A stretch of DNA of 64,000 nucleotides, taken from Daphnia carinata. Lineage: Eukaryota. Location of the stretch: NCBI RefSeq assembly GCF_022539665.2, contig NC_081332.1:620001-684000 (forward strand), in the 5' to 3' direction. This document shows positions 60,701 through 64,000 of this stretch, one piece after another. The number at the start of each line of letters is the position of its first letter. The stretch's first letter is position 1. The notes beneath the pieces were generated by a model. The model had not been told where the DNA came from and made no database searches. It worked only from the letters and a program-made list of their open reading frames with translations. Both the position numbers and the translations under genes were made by a program.

Positions 60701-63466
60701 TGGTTGGGGGGAGCGAGTAGCGTTCCCCAAGCAATCGAAGCGATAACGCAAGCCCAGAAAATATTTAGTTCGGCCAAAATGGAGCTTCGAAAGTGGACGA
60801 CAAACAGTGTGGCACTGAGAGAACAGTTGCACGCGTTACAGTTTCAAAAAGAGGAAATAACGATGGGAGACAGTACAGAGAAAGCAGTCAAAGCACTGGG
60901 AGTCACATGGGATCCGGAGACGGACTCATTTCGATTCAAGCCAGAAAAGATAATAGAAGAGGCCGAAGAGATGAGCAAGAGGCCGACGAAAAGGAAGTTG
61001 TTCAGCCTTGCGCTGAAAGTCTTCGACCCGCTGGGATTGATATCGCCGGTAACGGTGGTAGCGAAGATTATCATGCAGAAGGTCTGGATAGACAAGACAG
61101 GCTGGGATGAACCAGTGTCGGCAAGCATAATGCCACACTGGGAGACGTTCATTAAAAGTTTGTCGGACCTCAAGAACACAAAGCTGGGGCGGTGGACTGG
61201 AGAGATCCGTTCACCGAGACTACACTTGTTTTGCGACGCGAGTGACGACGCATACAGTGTAGCCGCATATCTGGAGAACGGAGAAGATACAAAGCTGTTA
61301 TGCAGCAAAACCCGGATAGCACCGGACCCCAAAAAATCAGTGTCGACCCCCAGACTGGAGCTGCTCAGTAATCTGCTGGCAGTCAGACTGGGGGAATACA
61401 TTGAAAAGTCTCTGGGACGGTCGTTTGAGAAAACACTGTGGACGGACTCGGCGATAGCCTACTGGTGGATGAAAGGCGAATCAGGCCGTTGGAAACAGTT
61501 CGTCCACAACCGGGTGACAGAAATCAGGGAGAAGATCGACATAGGGTCTATAAGGCACTGTCCGGGAGTTCAGAACCCGGCAGATATAGCATCGAGAGGG
61601 GCTTCAGTGAGCCAGCTGAACCATAAGAAAGACTGGTGGTCAGGCCCAGAGTGGCTGAACAAAAAAGAGAATTGGCCGAAGAATCCAGCCCAAATGGAGC
61701 AGGATTGTACGGAAGAAATCAGAAAAGAGGAAAAAACGAAAGAGATAACACAATGTAGTGTTTCGATGTCAAAGGAAAAGGAGTGGTACGAGAACTATAG
61801 TTCGTTGCGTACGATAATCAGAATCTGGGCGACAGTGAAGAGAGCGGTGAAGAGGTTTAAGGGACAACCGAATCCCGAGACACCGCTGGCGGAAGTGTCG
61901 GGTGGCGCCGACAAGAAACAGTTCAACATCCTCGCAGTAGAAGAGGTAGAACAAGCGGAGTTAGATCTATGGCGAAAAATGCAAAAGGACGCATACAAAG
62001 ATGAAAGGGAAGCCATAAAAGAGAAAAAACCCTGGAAAAATGATAAGTTGAGAAAGCTGGGATTGGCCTGGGACGAGAGAAACGGGCTAATCAGGTGTTA
62101 CGGCCGCCAAGAAAACTGGTTGCGGCTTAACGGTAGAGAGGCAGTAATCCTGTTGCCAGAAAACCACTATTTGACGGGCAAACTCATAGAGCAGACGCAC
62201 GAACGGTTGCTGCACACTGGAGTAAGCACGACGATGGTGGAGATACGGCGGACGTTTTGGATTCCAAGACTAAGGCAAACGATCAAGAAGGAATTGAAAA
62301 GGTGCATGAAATGTCAGAAACTAGATTCGAGACCTTTCAACGAAGTCCCGGCTCCACTACCGGTAGATCGACTTCAAATGGCGAACCCGTTTAATGTAAC
62401 GGGGATAGACTTTGCGGGACCGTTCCCGATAAAACTGACGGCAAGAGGTGGACAAGCAAAGGCCTACATTTGTTTGTTCACGTGTGCGGTAACAAGAGCC
62501 GTGCATTTAGAAATGACCACAGACTTGGAGACGGCATCCTGTATTTTTGCACTGAGAAGGTTTTTTGCAAGAAGAGGGGTGCCGAAAGCCATGTATTCAG
62601 ATAACGCGAAATGCTTCACACAATCCGCGAAATACCTGAGAGCGGCGTACAAAAGTGAGAACGTGTATAATACACTGGTGGACCTAAATGTCAAGTGGAG
62701 ATTCTCCCCGAGCCTGGCCCCTTGGTGGGGCGGGTTCTGGGAGCGGATGGTCCAGACAGTGAAGAGGCTATTATACAAAACGTATGGAAACGAGTGTCTG
62801 GAATATGACCTGTTCCAAACGGTGTTAACCGAGATTGAAGATACGATAAACACGAGGCCATTAACGTATGTCTCTGACGACGATAATGAACCTCTAACGC
62901 CGAAGCATTTGATCACAGGCTATAGACAAAATCAAAAACACCCGGTAGACGAGGAGGAGAGAGAATATTCAGACAGAATACGTCTAACCAAGCGGGAGAA
63001 AACTAGAAGAAACCTGCTAGCAAATTGGTGGGGAGATTTCTATCAAGAATATGTGGCAGACCTCGAGAAGTTCCACTGTCCAACGCCGGGTAGAACAAAA
63101 CAAGTTGAGGTGGGACAAGTGGTGCTGATACACGACGAGAAATCCAAGAGAACGAAATGGAAAGTAGGAAGAGTGGCCAAATTATACCCGGGCTCAGATA
63201 ACAAGTTCAGGAGAGTAGCAGTATTAATTGCAAATAAGGGTTCAGGGAAAGGGTCAATACCCATATACCGGGACATTAAGTGTCTTTACCCGTTAGAGTT
63301 ACACGCAGGGACGATAGACGATGACCATCAAAATACTTCACCGTTCCAAGACACTGAAGACTTGGACAGTTCGGACTCTGAGTTGGACGAGGGTCCAACG
63401 GGGGGAGTGTCGGAAAATCCGACGTCCAACACTGTCCAAGGGGACGGTGAAGAGATAGACGAGTAG
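57701..63466 (+). CDS. BEL/Pao gag-pol polyprotein, 1921 aa
   Basis: LPTFNGE..EKFQYLRTSL gag; three Cys/His knuckles; protease LIDSGS; RT YVDD; RNase H LHLFCDAS; integrase GIDFAGP, SDNA, PWWGGFWERMV. Confidence 0.96.
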   Translation: MSVPSRRTRQAVTDPEETTIDERLSIVEEKVEKIYKAGDGYHSMLHKRVEVAEKTIEKFITDMGIKMKTIEKKIKDMEDLEGRLAAISELVKEIDGRSNKALNSAAKLIEQAKESFSMKEQIPEIVEGVRAEIRSIVERTIEDSLPGLEESPIRRQEPLRASSRADSPLGTREELLEDRALIKRELKDSIALAEADAESRQKYIDKAEARWVAIVALNEKLAAVSTAAEKASDRETEDKLRERMKKLREKYKKCETQSPVTRTALPLPTFNGEITAWKGWRAMWTAYDADPRLTEAEKFQYLRTSLKGKAAELISHIHFDENQYQEAMLKLEKRFGDTEKLKAHYVNELKSLVAVRLGDSATISQLKRIFDGLTNARAALTSLKVDMGGYGEYIAGDVLKALPKALTSRWWRDKWFDEDQPTLEAILKELDREIRLREMEEDPVSQPQSPRREPQERGGRMTPCCFCQQNHIHHRCMVNTPQFRRTLCERENRCLKCLGRSHRTEHCVARVPCRNCGSIDHSPALCLSRQRQYGPVRSQSPQRPMNRSVTIDTNVNCAQATSIGLPTFTAVLQGKNNRKIKVLGLIDSGSEKTFIRQSLIRRLKADEEDEGEIRVNTFGSDQAERSVLKTYSIWMIPERQGKIKIKATAIKYVAKATPKVRSKLVEILTEQGEKVADERHLRADNKTEFDMIIGCDYYWQILKHQTKQGPDDSVACASKLGWIIFGAPTAGNPREVSANIVTQADGKKAMVDFKEFWALEHMGVTPQELEDPGFLKNYQETIKKDQTGRYEILFPFKNNRRSMETNKNIASIRLTGLLKKMKREDRMAYHEVFQQYLEKGYIEVADKNYTGACTYLPHRPVIKTEAATTKIRPVFDGSAHQQNRPSLNDLLETGPNLNPELLAVLLRFRQNEIAWMADITQAFLQIGIQKEHGQIVRFLWIKDPKDDNSEWIEYRWKRVPFGLSSSPFILRAVILKCLDEHKDEYPELVGKLGAQLYVDDWLGGASSVPQAIEAITQAQKIFSSAKMELRKWTTNSVALREQLHALQFQKEEITMGDSTEKAVKALGVTWDPETDSFRFKPEKIIEEAEEMSKRPTKRKLFSLALKVFDPLGLISPVTVVAKIIMQKVWIDKTGWDEPVSASIMPHWETFIKSLSDLKNTKLGRWTGEIRSPRLHLFCDASDDAYSVAAYLENGEDTKLLCSKTRIAPDPKKSVSTPRLELLSNLLAVRLGEYIEKSLGRSFEKTLWTDSAIAYWWMKGESGRWKQFVHNRVTEIREKIDIGSIRHCPGVQNPADIASRGASVSQLNHKKDWWSGPEWLNKKENWPKNPAQMEQDCTEEIRKEEKTKEITQCSVSMSKEKEWYENYSSLRTIIRIWATVKRAVKRFKGQPNPETPLAEVSGGADKKQFNILAVEEVEQAELDLWRKMQKDAYKDEREAIKEKKPWKNDKLRKLGLAWDERNGLIRCYGRQENWLRLNGREAVILLPENHYLTGKLIEQTHERLLHTGVSTTMVEIRRTFWIPRLRQTIKKELKRCMKCQKLDSRPFNEVPAPLPVDRLQMANPFNVTGIDFAGPFPIKLTARGGQAKAYICLFTCAVTRAVHLEMTTDLETASCIFALRRFFARRGVPKAMYSDNAKCFTQSAKYLRAAYKSENVYNTLVDLNVKWRFSPSLAPWWGGFWERMVQTVKRLLYKTYGNECLEYDLFQTVLTEIEDTINTRPLTYVSDDDNEPLTPKHLITGYRQNQKHPVDEEEREYSDRIRLTKREKTRRNLLANWWGDFYQEYVADLEKFHCPTPGRTKQVEVGQVVLIHDEKSKRTKWKVGRVAKLYPGSDNKFRRVAVLIANKGSGKGSIPIYRDIKCLYPLELHAGTIDDDHQNTSPFQDTEDLDSSDSELDEGPTGGVSENPTSNTVQGDGEEIDE
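63400..63407 (+). other. Polypurine tract
   Basis: GGGGGGAG immediately before the 3' LTR TG. Confidence 0.75.
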
Positions 63467-64000
63467 AAGCGGAGATGCGGGGCACTCGGAACCAGAGAGT
63501 CGGTTGCCGGGGTAAGTCCATCCTGAAGCGGGAACTAACCAAGAGGTTCCCGGTGCCGGTACGAGAAAGACCGGTAGACGGTAATAGATGGAATGTAAGC
63601 GGGACTTGATGCTATAAGCACCGACGATAGAAGTTGGAGACGCTTGACTATAATATTGAAATAACCGTACGTAGTTTACAGCTATGTAGGGCGGTCTCTG
63701 TCGAGCAAAGGCAGAAATGAATATTAAAGACGCCCGCTCTGGAGCCCGTTTTAGCCCAGAGGAAATAAATATTTAAAACCCATCGTGACTGGAGCCAGTT
63801 TTAGCCCAGAGGGAAGAGGTTGGTGCCGGAGGAGTCACCGACAGAGGATCGGCCAAGGAGAGTTGGAGGTTGGAGGTCAGCGGCAGTTCCTGAGGCTGAA
63901 AAGGGTGACGGAACAACGGTGACATCTACTCCAGCGTTGATATTCATGTTCGTGCTATTATATATATCAGTCAACGGTGTTTTGTAAATTGAGTATATAA
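63408..64000 (+). repeat. 3' LTR (truncated by the window end)
   Basis: About 4 differences from the 5' LTR over 593 bp, counted by eye. Confidence 0.93.

Larger units (their letters stand above)
55662..64000 (+). mobile_element. BEL/Pao LTR retrotransposon (3' LTR runs off the window)
   Basis: Two LTRs starting TGTCGGAAAATCC, PBS, PPT and an intact gag-pol with PR-RT-RH-IN order. Confidence 0.95.

Noticed and set aside
57823..63276. Antisense ORFs over gag-pol
   Set aside because: Shadow ORFs of a purine-rich coding strand.

Overview
Eukaryotic (invertebrate) genomic DNA; the short introns, gene style and tRNA arrays look Daphnia-like, which is an inference. 1-14 kb is a nest of DNA transposons: a decayed CACTA/EnSpm-like element carrying two nested insertions, a hAT MITE, a foldback element with ~770-bp TIRs and a Tc1/mariner MITE. 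15-33 kb holds three spliced host genes: syntaxin 6 (+), the selenocysteine elongation factor eEFSec (-) and WDR47 (+), the last with two probable alternative first exons in its large intron. A ~430-bp (GAA)n tract borders a 21-kb tandem array of 20 near-identical ~1.07-kb units. Each unit has tRNA-Asn(GTT) on + and tRNA-Val(TAC), tRNA-Val(AAC) and a tRNA-Lys-like relic on -. The most unusual signal is that variation in the otherwise homogenised array is concentrated in the tRNA-Asn gene: 11 copies carry a 14-nt intron, 4 carry an unrelated 13-nt intron and 5 are intronless, with a few co-varying leader/trailer bases. The array is interrupted by a young BEL/Pao LTR retrotransposon inserted inside a tRNA-Val gene; it carries an extra AUG-less ORF followed by AATAAA and poly(A) ahead of gag-pol.
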